The notes beneath the pieces are model-generated. The model had not been told where the DNA came from. It worked only from the letters and a program-made list of their open reading frames with translations, and ran no database searches. From Octopus sinensis (lineage: Eukaryota): a DNA stretch of 64,000 nucleotides. The stretch lies in NCBI RefSeq assembly GCF_006345805.1, contig NC_043001.1, forward strand, positions 129,890,001 to 129,954,000. The letters are read 5' to 3'. The translations under genes were made by a program, and so were the position numbers. This document shows, piece by piece, positions 1-11,771 of the stretch (positions are counted from its first letter, which is position 1; every line of letters begins with the position of its first letter).

Positions 1-874
1 TATATATATGTATGTATGTATATGAAGTGAATTATTAATGTTATTTTGTTTCCTTTTCCTTAACAATATACTATAAGGCTTTAGAGTGAAATAATTATAT
101 TAAGCATTAAGAACAAAAAGAAAATATGCTACGTTATTTTCCTAGTATTTGACACAAGTCATGTGGGTGCCATCACTGTGGGCATCGAGTCTAAACACAA
201 GGGTTTTGTTCTCTACACCAATCTCTGTATATATATAACTCTGCTTCAATCCTATTCACCATTCTTGTCAAGGTCTCCAAGCTCATCTGTTTAAAAGCAG
301 CAATGGATAAAATATGACATCTCTGACAGTTCTTGTAGATAAATACTGTGGCAGGCTGAAGCATGGAAGTATGCAGTATAACGGATGTTTTTGATTCTTC
401 CTTCAAGAAATGAAGAAACAACAAGCTATGTCAAATATTTACATGTCCATATATTTGGTTTTACATCTATTTAATCGCAGCTCCTCTCAGAGTATCCTGT
501 CCAATTTGCTGAATGGATAGCTTTGTGTCAGGCAAGCCAAATTTCTCAAAATGCGATATGTTGAGCTTAATTGCTGGGTTATCAGTTACTTAGTGAGAAT
601 AAAACTTTCTTATGGGGACATACTGTTCTTAAAATGTAAAAGAATAACTTGATATAAAAGAAAGTATCCAATTGTCTTCCCAAAGGAAGCCATCTGCATT
701 GAGGTAAAACCTGAAAAATGCCTCAATTGACTGTGGAAAACATTCATTACAATATTGCTTTATTATTTATATATTTATTCATCATTTAAACGACCACTGT
801 TGTTTAAACAAAAATATAGGCAGAAATGTATATTATTCAACCAAATAAAAAAATTTATATTTATTATATTATAT

Positions 875-988
875 TTGATATATATATATGTGTGTGTGTA
901 TGTATATTTATATGATGTCTGATATATATATATGTATATAAAAATATGATGTCTGAGATATATATATGTATATAAAAATATGATGTCT

Positions 989-1051
<63 letters not shown>

Positions 1052-1473
1052 GTATGTATGTATGAGTGGAGGCGCAATGATTCAGTGGTTAGGGCAGTGG
1101 AGTCGTAGTCAAAGGATCACGGTTTCAATCCCCAGACCAGGCGTTGTGAGTGTTTACTGAGTGAAAACACCTAAAGCTCTATGAGACTCTGGCAGGGGGG
1201 GGGGGCAAACCATGCTGTATTCTTTCACCAGAACTTTCACTCTTTCTTCCTGTTTCTGTTGTACCTGTATTTCAAAGGGCCAGCATGACTGAGAACTACA
1301 TTAAGGGTACACGTGTCTGTGGAGTGCTCAGCCACTTACACATTAGTTTCATGAGCAGGCTGTTCCGTTGATCGGTTCAACTGGAACCCATGTTGTCGTA
1401 ACCAATGGAGTGCCACTATATGTATGTGTGTGTGTGTATATGCATATATATAAACATCATATATATAATGTTT

Positions 1474-1514
<41 letters not shown>

Positions 1515-1631
1515 CTTGATAGACATACATACATACATATATATATATATAAATATATATATGATGCTTGATAGACATACATACATACATACATATATAT
1601 ATATATACATACATACATACATATATATATA

Positions 1632-1676
<45 letters not shown>
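875..1676. repeat. (TA)n/(TACA)n microsatellites with short tandem units (ATATGATGTCTGA x3; ATGATGCTTGATAGACATAC x2)
   Basis: Directly visible; flanks the SINE at 1066-1416. Confidence 0.9.
1066..1416 (+). mobile_element. tRNA-derived SINE, family A (copy with internal deletions)
   Basis: Head GTGGAGGCGCAATGATTCAGTGGTTAGGGCAG...GGTTTCAATCCC has A/B-box-like motifs; body and tail match copies at 17919, 24828, 38467 and 60686. Confidence 0.85.
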
Positions 1677-1680
<4 letters not shown>

Positions 1681-2172
1681 CATATATTCTCACGAATCAT
1701 AAAAACAGCAGTAAAAATGTCAAAACTAGAAAATATAACTGTTCAGATGCGTACGAGAATAAATAAAAATAATGTATGTAAAAGTTGAATATTTAAGCAA
1801 AACACAGACATCACTCTTATATAATGTCACCTACTCACCCATCCACAGGTGAATTATTGATATAAGGTGGAATCTGCAAGATTTTATTGATTGAGCTTAA
1901 CTTATTTCAGAAAAGATTATTCATAATTCTATTCATATTTTGTTTTCTATCTTGAAATGACAACCAACTGCTTGATACATGAGAATACTTGTTTTGTTTT
2001 GTTTTTTATTTCTATTTGATTATTTGTTCTATTTATTTATTTTTAAAACTCTGCATTTAAATGGATGGATGTTTTTTCTTATTTTTTTTTTATTTTTATC
2101 ATTATTGTATATTTATTTATTAAAGCAAGCTATATTAATTAGTAAAAAAACAATCAAGCAAGTAAACAGCAA

Positions 2173-2213
<41 letters not shown>

Positions 2214-2260
2214 TTAATATTAATTATCATCATTCTTAACATACTTCTTATTATCATCAA

Positions 2261-2291
<31 letters not shown>

Positions 2292-2303
2292 ATTATTATT
2301 ATG

Positions 2304-3121
2304 AGGGTGGCAGAATCGTTAGCATGTTGGGCACAATGCTTAGCAACATTTTGTCCATCTTTACATTCTGAGTTCAAATTCTGCTGAGGTTGACCTTGCC
2401 TTCGATCTTTTTTTTTGGGAGGGGGCAATAAAATAAGTACCAGTTAAATATTGGGGGTCAATGTAACCAATAAAATCATTCCCCTCATTGCTGGCTTTAA
2501 GCCAAAATTTGAAACCATTATTACTAATAATTATTGTTAATACAGATTTGGACTGGCTGTATTGTCAGAGAGTCAGAATGCCTTGTGGTATTTGTTCTGT
2601 ACTTTATGTTAAATTCAAATCCTGCTGAGGTCAAATTTACGTTTCACCATTGCGAGTTCTTAAAATAAAGTGTCAGTCATGTACAAGCATCGATTTTATT
2701 TTCTAATTCTGTCCACCTAAAATTTCAGGCCATATACCTTCATTAGAAACAATTTTTATTTTTACTGTTATTATTTGCTGAGAGGTCAACATTGCCTTTC
2801 ACCCTTTTGAGATTACTAAAATAGGTACCAGTGGAGCACTGGGGTCACTGAAATTGAATTAACCCAGCTCCAAAATTTCTGGCCTTCTGCCAAAAATTGG
2901 AAACCATTAAAAGCGGTGTGCTGGCAGAAGTGTTAGTGTGCTGGACAAAATGCTTAGCAGTATTTTGCCTGTTGCTACACTCCGAGTTCAAATTCTGCTG
3001 AGGTTGACTTTACCTTTCACCCTTTCTGGTTGATAAAATAAGTACCATTTGAACACTGAGGTCAATGTAATTGACTCATTCCCTCCCCCAAAATGCTTGC
3101 CCTCTTGGCAAAATTTGAAAC

Positions 3122-3169
<48 letters not shown>

Positions 3170-3625
3170 CATCATCATCATCATCATCATCATCACTAAG
3201 GTGGTGAGCTGGCAAAGTCATTAGTATGCCAGGCAAAATGCTTCACGGCATTTTGTCTATCTTTATGTTCTGAGTCAAAATTCTGCTGAGTTCAACTTTG
3301 CCGTTCAGCCTTTTGGGGTTGATAAAATAAGTATCAGCTGAGAACTGGGGTCGATTTCATCGACTTACTCCCTCCCCGAAATTGCTGGCCTTGTGCCAAA
3401 ATTTGAAACCATTATTATTATTACTAATAAATTGGTGAGCTAAATTGTTAGCATGCTGGGCGAAATGCTTAGTGGTATTTCGTCTGGCGCTACGTTCTGA
3501 GTTCTCAACTTTGCCTTTGATCCCTTCAGGGTCAATAAATTAAGTACCAGTAAAGCACTAGGGTCAATGTAATAAACTAGCCCCCTCCTCCAAAATTTCA
3601 GGCCTTGTGCCTTTAGTAGGAAGGA
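2304..3625 (+). mobile_element. Head-to-tail cluster of about 6 family D SINE copies, mostly separated by (ATT)n/(ATC)n
   Basis: Recurring GCTGGCAGAA..GTTAGC..GAGTTCAAATTC..GCCTTTCATCCTTT..GGGGTCGATAAAATAAGTACC..CCAAAATTTGAAACC-like units at ~2304, 2550, 2776, 2910, 3198 and 3432; the central motif resembles Deu/Nin-type SINE domains (recalled). Confidence 0.85.
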
Positions 3626-4349
3626 TAATTGTTATTATTAATGATAAATTGAAGTTTTATTTAATAATAATGTACTTCTCTAAATAAAATGTAACAATAA
3701 TATTTAGAAAATTAAAACAGTTATCGAATAAGAAATATTTATAAACACATATATACATGCATGCAGATGCGCACACATACACATACACAAACAAACATAA
3801 TTTGTGTAACGTATATATTTTGCTACTTATACTTAGCTAAAAAAAAACCAGACAGACAGGAAACTGGAAAAACATAAATAAAGACTAATGAATTTTTACA
3901 CATGTAAGCTTTCTTCTTTTCCTTCTTCAAATCAGAACAATGTTGCAACTGCTTCTCTAAATGTTTTAAAGTTTCGAACATTTTTTGTTTTGTTTTTTTT
4001 TTAATTTTTTTTTTTTACATTTTAATCTTTTGTTATGTTTTTATATGTCTATAAAGTAAATAAATAAACAACTTTTTTTTCTTTCTTTTTAAGAACAAAC
4101 AAAGCAACATTTGAGCATCTGGCATGAAAAAGTAATATAAATTAGATTATGGTTTCTTTACTTTGAAAGAAATGATTCATTTCAAGAATTTGATGAATTT
4201 ACATTTGGACATCATCAGATTCCTTATAAATTTTCCAGAAACGTATCAGTTTACTCATTTTCTCTTCCGGTTGGCAGTTTGAATACAACGATTTAAAGAA
4301 GAGTGAAGTATAGATGTCAAATCCTATTTTTATTGTATTTCAAAAATTC

Positions 4350-4570
4350 TATTAGTATTACTATCCTTATTACTATTATTATTACCATTATTATTATTAT
4401 TATTACTACTATTACTACTACTACTACTACTAATACTACTACTACTACTACTACCATTACTACTACTACTACCACCATTAATACTACTACTACTACTACT
4501 ACTACTATCACTACTACTACCACCACCACCACCACCACCACCATTACTACTACTACTATTATTATTATTA
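4350..4570. repeat. Compound (TAT)/(TAC)/(CAC) trinucleotide microsatellite
   Basis: Directly visible; source of the poly-T/I/V/S ORFs. Confidence 0.95.
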
Positions 4571-4828
4571 AGGCGGCGAACTGGCAGAATTAGCATAACA
4601 GGTGAAATGCTAAGTGGTATTTCATCCATCTTCACATTTTGAGATCAAATTCTGCTAAGGTCATCTTTGTCATTCATTCTTTTGGGATTGATAAAATATA
4701 TACCAGCTGAGTACTGGGGTCAATGTAATTGACTATCCCCCTCTCCCTAAATTTCAGGCTTTGTACCTATACTAGAAAGGACTACTACTACTATTATCAT
4801 TACTACAATAATAATAATAATAATAATA

Positions 4829-4872
<44 letters not shown>

Positions 4873-5072
4873 AATGATAATAATTATTATTATTATTAAG
4901 GTAGTGAGCTGGCAGAATTGTTCGCATGCTGGGCGAAATGTTGCTATGTTCTGGGTTCGAATTCAGCCATGGTTGACTTTTAATAAATTAAGTACCAGTC
5001 AAGTACTGGGGTCGATAAAGTCGACTTACCTCCTCCCCTAAAATTCTAGGCCTTTTGTCTAGAGCAGAAAGA
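4570..5072 (+). mobile_element. Two family D SINE copies (4570-4780, 4898-5072) separated by (AAT)n/(GAT)n
   Basis: AAGGCGGCGAACTGGCAGAATT and AAGGTAGTGAGCTGGCAGAATT heads; TAGAAAGGA-type tails. Confidence 0.8.
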
Positions 5073-5768
5073 ATTATCATTATTATACAATTACTATTCT
5101 TTCAAAAATTGTTTGTGTGTCATGGAAATAGTCTTACTACAACTTCTTACTAAGCAGGATGTCATAGCTTATTGTCCAAAATAAAATATTTTGGTCATGC
5201 TCCCTCTTTCCCACCCAACCCACCACTTAGACTATTACAATACTGGTTTTTAGGGTATTAGGAAAGACTGTAGACTTGTGAAATCTTTCACACTAAACTT
5301 GCACCTCTTTCCTGAAATGGGACCTTGAAGACCATACTGCAAGAAGACCATACTACAAGTATTTTTACCTCTCAACTGCTTATTGCCATTAAACCAAAAC
5401 TAAATATCTATCAACACAAAAGATACCTCTACTTTAGCAAACTACTGTATCTGTCCATGTTAAAATGACTAAATGGGTAAAATAGTGATCTACCTGCTCT
5501 CATGTAGAGTTCTAATGTGATGCAGGCATTTCATAATGTTACCAGATAGAACAATTTATTTTATATTACCTGAGTTCACCTAAACTGCTGAATAATCTGA
5601 GAATGTCACTTGCAAGAGACTAACATCTTCCCCTAAAATAATCTGTCTTTTATCTATATCATGTCATAAAACTGGACATAGGCACCAGCCATAAAAAAAT
5701 CTGGTAGCTTAAGAGGAGCATTTTGATATTTATTATAGATGCAAACAACTTTTTATTTGAACTAGGTA

Positions 5769-6198
5769 TACTCTTACTCTCTTACTCTTTTACTCTTTTA
5801 CTTGTTTCAGTCATTTGACTGCGGCCATGCTGGAGCACCGCCTTTAGTCGAGCAAATCAACCCCGGGACTTATTCTTTGTAAGCCCAGTACTTATTCTAT
5901 CGGTCTCTTTTGCCGAACCGCTAAGTAACGGGGACGTAAACATACCAGCATCGGTTGTCAAGCAATGCTAGGGGGACAAACACAGACACACAAACATATA
6001 CACACACACTTATATATATATATATACATATATACGACAGGCTTCTTTCAGTTTCTGTCTACCAAATCCACTCACAAGGCTTTGGTCGGCCCGGGGCTAT
6101 AGCAGAAGATACTTACCCAAGATGCTACGCAGTGGGACTGAACCCGGAACCATGTGGTTGGTTAGCAAGCTACTTACCACACAGCCACTCCTGCGCCT
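5769..6198 (-). mobile_element. SINE family B, full length
   Basis: Reverse complement of AGGCGCAGGAGTGGCTGTGTGGTAAG...GGTTCAGTCCC...internal TA/CA tract...GAAACAAGTAAAAGAGTAAAAGAG; near-identical to 21481-21890. Confidence 0.9.
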
Positions 6199-6879
6199 AT
6201 ATATATTTTGCAGATAGAAATAAGTATGACTACCTTTTGACAAAACACTGCATGTTCAGCGCTCATACTGAATATATTTGCCTTTATATGTACATTACAA
6301 GATAAAAGTATTCAGCATAAGGGCTGAGTGTGTTTGTGACTACTTGTGTTTAAAAAAATCAAGAACTGGGTTTTATTTGACATAGCTCTACAGGACTCTC
6401 TTCAAACTGATTGATTTATTGATAGATGTATTGATTCATTGAAAGATGAATAGATTAAGAGATAGACAGATTGAGTAGAGGATAGATGGATGAACAGAAA
6501 ATAGACAAATATAAAAATGGGCAGATAGGCATCCTGGTGGAGATACACACTGACTGATGGATGCAATAAGAGATGGACTGTTAGACGGACAGGTAAAGAC
6601 AAAGAGCGAAAGAGAGAGGAGAAGGGACAGAAAGACAGAGTTAATGAGGGATACTATTTAACATAATACCTCGAGGTGAAAACTAAAAAGGTAAAGAGAG
6701 AAATATATGAATTCAATAATGTATTAATTTTATGGCATTGTAATGGCACAAATGTTCCAGAGGTTTATAGTTGTAAGAGTAAAAGAACATCATTTTTACA
6801 GTTAGTATGCATTGCAGAAAGAGACAGGTAAAACAGATATATGTAAGGAATTGAGGCTGTGAACAAGAACACATGTAAT

Positions 6880-7460
6880 CAGAGCTGCCGCTAAGCTCCT
6901 GCAAACCCTACGGTCGTAGGGGGCCTCTGTAGTTGAGGGGGTCCCATGTTAAGATCAGAGTATGTACATGAGTCATCTATTTACTTTGGTTAAGATGTTG
7001 AGCAAGAATTAAACTATGTTAACTGAAAATTTAAAAAAATAAAAGAGTAAAAAATTCCAGCAAAAATATTACACTTGTTACACTGTACCAGACTTTGTGG
7101 ATTGTCTATGAAATCCATTGAACGAACTTAGCTCTCAGTTTGGTTATTCTGAACTGATTGATGATTTTGTGAAATGAAAAGTGCACCGTGTTCATCTTTG
7201 AAAGTTGCCCGGATTATAAAAGTGGTCTTTTATTTATACCTGGAAGTTTTACTTGTTGAAATTTGTAATAGACCAAAATAAATTTAACTTGTACTTTTAA
7301 AGATGTTCTTTAGGATAATGTGAAATATTGCACTTCAGATAGAATAAAATAAAATATAGCTATGAATAAAAGGTGCATAAACTATGAATTTTGACACAAG
7401 GGATGGGGGCCACGAAACAAAAAGTTGCAGGGGGCCTCTAAAAGTCACAAGAAAAAGCTG
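6880..7460 (+). mobile_element. Non-autonomous hAT deletion derivative
   Basis: CAG...CTG ends flanked by an 8-bp TSD CATGTAAT/CATGTAAC; the remnant at ~7088-7200 reads RLCGLSMKSIE-(frameshift)-ELSSQFGYSELIDDFVK*KVHRV, like the hAT C-terminal dimerisation region. Confidence 0.7.
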
Positions 7461-8076
7461 CATGTAACATTCAGTTGTTCCCAACTTTTAACTTGAAAAA
7501 TAACTGGGAAAACTCATTTTAAGAGATGCAGATAGCTAAATTACTCAAGTGTTGATTTATTGGTAAAGAGACAAAAGAAGAAAAAATTTTCATCGTAGCT
7601 GTTATTCTAAGTCTCTAGCATAGATTTTTAGCTTCCATTAGATAAAAATCGCAAAAAAAAACACTGTTAAACTAGAGTAAGAAGTAATCACTTATATAAC
7701 AGTTGAATAATTCCTTATCTTTTATTATTGCAATCAAAGGTTGAGGTCAATAGCAAAAAATATGTGACAGATTTTAATTCAAAACCAAGATACTTGAAGA
7801 GGTTGTATAAGTTTCATTTAACTAACCAGCATTATTAAAACAAATTTAATTGTTCCCCACCCTCTCTTTCTCTCTCATTTACTTGTTTTCTTTTGTTTGT
7901 TTTTTTCAGAGAACATCCAATTTCTTTCACTAAACTAAAACATTTTATGTGAAATATTACACTTAATATAAGTATAAATACTGGCTAAAATAAATAGATA
8001 TTTTCAAAAATTGCTGGTTTATCTTTAATGAGTTGAAGACAAAGATAATAAGGAAGATAAAATAATTGTGTTCATA

Positions 8077-8111
<35 letters not shown>

Positions 8112-9190
8112 TAGAGAAAGAAAGAGAGAGCACAAGAGTGTGTATATGTACATGGTTGTCATGGTAATGATGATATCATCTGAACAGTACCAATAATTAT
8201 ATAAGCAGTAAATTACAAGACTAAAGACAGTAATATTGCCAACAAAGGAAGATTCCAAAGAGAAACAAATGGATATCACACTACTTTAACAAAAGGAATA
8301 TCATCCTTCAATCCACATGCCATTCACTGACTGGTCACTCAGAGCTTATCTCCGGTCTAGTACACCAACCATCCCAATCCCTAATCAATAGGGGATTTGT
8401 TCAATGAGAAATTCTTCATAATGATGTTTGGTTTTCCTCTGTAACTGTCGATTATCTTTGAAGATTCTATAAGATAAGATAATATAAAGACATTCTGCAA
8501 TGCCTTCTTTCAGCTAGAGATTACATTTCTATCTCCCTATTCATTAGTTAGAGTGTATGATGACCAGTTTACTATAATTCCAAGCAGCTTATGTCTACTC
8601 TACTTCAATGGATTGCAGTAATGGTTGATGTGGTTTCAACTAGAACTCACCCAACAGATTACATTTACAAACAAAAATGTACATAGTTTGGTAAATAAAC
8701 ATAATGGAATTTACTGGGAAACATTTATTTCTGATTTTGCAGTTAAAGTATGTTTATAAAAACAGGTGTAGGTAAAAAGTGGAATTATAATAAATTAACT
8801 TGAAAATAATTAAAACTGTGGAATCATTTATGACTGATGTGATAAAGGAGAAAGTGTATAAATGTTTAGTCACTGTTAAAGAGTCTGAGTAATAAAATGA
8901 AAGAGTAGGGAGCTTTCATTTAGTTCCTGTTGTCACCTATATTGTGAATATGTCAACTATAGAGCCAAAAAACCTGTCAAATGTTAAATACGTAAAGACA
9001 TTAATTCTTCTTGAGTGCATGAAGATAAATTACTCAATTGACTCATATAAATTCTTTCTCCGCCCACCCAGAAGAATTTGTATTTGTATTTTCTACTCAT
9101 GAAGAGTCTAGCTTTTAGGTCTTTTATGAATAGCAATCATCTACTCACCTCTATTATCTCTTCAACCTCTCCAGACTTATTTTTCATTAT

Positions 9191-9594
9191 AGTCGAGGCG
9201 GCGCTGGCATCGGCCACGATTCGTAAAAAACACTATCCGAATCGTGGCCGATGCCAGCGCCGCCTCGACTGGCTTCCGTGTCGGTCGCATGTAAAAAGCA
9301 CCATCCGAATCGTGGCTGAAGCCAGTGCCACCTGGACTGGCTTCCGTGCAGGTGGCACATAAAATGCACCAATCTGACCGTGGCCAATGCCAGCTTCGCC
9401 TGGCACCAGTGCAGGTGGCACGTAAAAAGCACCCACTACACTCACGGAGTGGTTGGCGTTAGGAAGGGCATCCAGCTGTAGAAACATTGCCAGATAAGAC
9501 CGGAGCCTGGTGCAGCCTTCTGGCTTCCCAGATCCCCAGTCGAACCGTCCAACCCATGCTAGCATGGAGAACGGACGTTAAACGATGATGATGA
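9191..9594 (+). mobile_element. Retroposon family C (tandem ~60-bp 5' units, RTE-like 3' end, (GAT)n tail) with a 5' foldback
   Basis: GGTTGGCGTTAGGAAGGGCATCCAGCTGTAGAAAC...CCCATGCTAGCATGGAGAACGGACGTTAAACGATGATG is shared with at least 7 other copies. Confidence 0.85.
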
Positions 9595-9619
9595 TATACC
9601 AATTAAAGAAGTTTAGAAA

Positions 9620-10090
9620 TGTTCTATAAATAACCACCTAAAGTAGTACCAAACTGATGGAGTAAATTATGAAAGTAACAGAAATGTAGCACAAGTCATT
9701 AGGAAGAGAATTGGCTTAGATGCAAAGCAGTTTGGGTTTGTGATAACAATATCCTTTTCCTAATGAGACAGCTATGAGAGATATCCTTAGCTAAGAGAAA
9801 GACATTATGCTTACTATCAATTGATCTGGATTCTCCATATTTGACAAGGATACCACACACTGTATTCAGGTGGTCATTAAGAAAGCTAAGTACAAGAGTT
9901 GTACAAACCATGATTGGAGACAGTTTTTGGTAAATGAGAGTTGGAAAAGTTGGAAATGAATTTTGTTAAGAATTTAATGTAAATGCAAGTGTCCACTGAA
10001 GCTGAGTTCAGACAAGTTGTATGAAGGAACTCCTGTATATACTGATAGCCTAGTAATCACAGTGGAATCAGAGAAGTAATTCGAAATGCT
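9620..10090 (+). pseudogene. Degenerate RTE-clade LINE reverse-transcriptase fragment
   Basis: Manual translation: IRKRIGLDAKQFGFV..ILFLMRQL*EISLAKRKTLCLLSIDLD..RIPHTVFRWSLRKL..RVVQTM..ELLY-(fs)-TDSLVITVES; compare QFGF, DLEKAFDRVP and LLYADDLV motifs. Confidence 0.75.
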
Positions 10091-10112
10091 TGACTAGAAG
10101 ACTCAATTATTG

Positions 10113-10453
10113 GTTGGGACCCCCTTCGGTCATGACACTGACCATGGGATTGCACCTAGAAAGTTACCCTCCTAGTCACAAGTCTGGGCAAGGTGGTTTA
10201 TAGAAGACCAGCAGTCGCCCATGCATACCGGCCTCCCCTCTCCATGCCACCAGTGTTATCCAAGGGAAAGGCAAAGGCCGATACAGCTTGGCACCCGTGA
10301 TGTCGCAACTCATTTCTACAGCTGAGTTAACTGGAGCAACGTGAAATAAAGTGTCTTGCTCAAGAACACAACATGCAGCCCAGTCCGGGATTCAAGCTCA
10401 CAACCTTACGATCATAAGCTCGATGCTCTAACCACTGAGTCATGCGCCTTCAC
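10113..10453 (-). mobile_element. tRNA-derived SINE, family E head with a distinct tail
   Basis: Minus-strand head GTGAAGGCGCATGACTCAGTGGTTAGAGC...TTGAATCCC, then GTGTTCTTGAGCAAGACACTTTATTTCACGTTGCTCCAG, shared with 15266 and 24076. Confidence 0.8.
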
Positions 10454-11530
10454 TTACAAGGCATAAGTAATGTAAAATCGATCAACCAAGAGACCAAACC
10501 TAAATATCAGACACAGCTCTCACAGACACTCTTACAAAACCTAAAAACAACCCACTGAAATTATTTTTCCAATTAGATACAAAACAATATAAACTACACA
10601 CCAACTGCATAAGTATGCATTATGGAGTATCTTTTTCAACTTGGATCCATTTTAATCTATTTGAGCTCAAATTCATTTGTACATCATATACATGTTCTGA
10701 AAAATAGATACAGTGGATAAGGAGATTTAATTAACCTCATCTAAGAAAGGTATTTCAATTACTTGAGTAACTTTTTTTGTACAGTACACTTATTCCAGTT
10801 TCAATTTGCATCATTTTTCTGATATCTGAGCAATTTGTTTTAAAGAAAGTCTATTTAAATATTGATATAACAGATAACTAAAATCTTCTTTTTAATTTTA
10901 CCTGAAATTTTTCACTTGACAAATATTGATCACTTAAATATCATGGCTATAATATTAAAATAATATTTCTATATCATTAAAGGTTGTTATATTAAAGTGC
11001 ATTCGTCAACACAATAACCAAGTGATTAAAATACTGGCTTCTCAATGTCAGATCACAGTTATTCCATAGTAATTGTTAAGTTGAACATTTCATTCTTTGG
11101 TTGGCAAGATTCTTGATGTAAACCAATGTTGAAACAGATTTTACTGCATCTCAAGAGTATCATTATAATAATAATAAACACATACACTGGTTCTATTTCA
11201 CTTCTTTTATTATTATTCTTATTAGCCAATTTGTTGACATTTAACCAATTAACTAATCAGCTGTTTGATTAATTGTTCACTTAATCAATTATCAGTTAGC
11301 TCTGTCAAAGTGCTTTCATTGTCATTCACAATCCCCCCTCTACTCTAGATCTACGAAAGACATTAACTCATATTCAGAAAATATTAAGTAACTGTGTTTA
11401 CTTTTCTAAGTTTTCTATTAAGTTCTCCATGAATAGATCAATAGAAGGCTGGAAGCCAACAAAATATAAAAGACCAATCCTTAAGTCTATCTTTTCATTT
11501 GTATTCTGCAGAAAGCAACATATTTTATCA

Positions 11531-11719
11531 CTAGCAGAAATACCCGGCATTAGCTGGGTTAAAGAGAATAATGAAATTTTAAAATGCCATCTAGATTATG
11601 CAGGTCTCAACTGCTAGTGGCTGAGATACTATCTTTCAACATTAATAACTCTGCAACCCATGCCAGCATGGAACATAGATGTTAAGTAATGTTAAAAGAA
11701 AGTTTTCAACACACACACA

Positions 11720-11771
<52 letters not shown>

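Noticed and set aside
191-424. 77-aa minus-strand ORF
   Set aside because: Non-ATG start, no recognisable domain and no clear splice acceptor
5570-5632. Minus-strand exon-like segment with good AG/GT sites
   Set aside because: Stops in all three frames; no support as a coding exon
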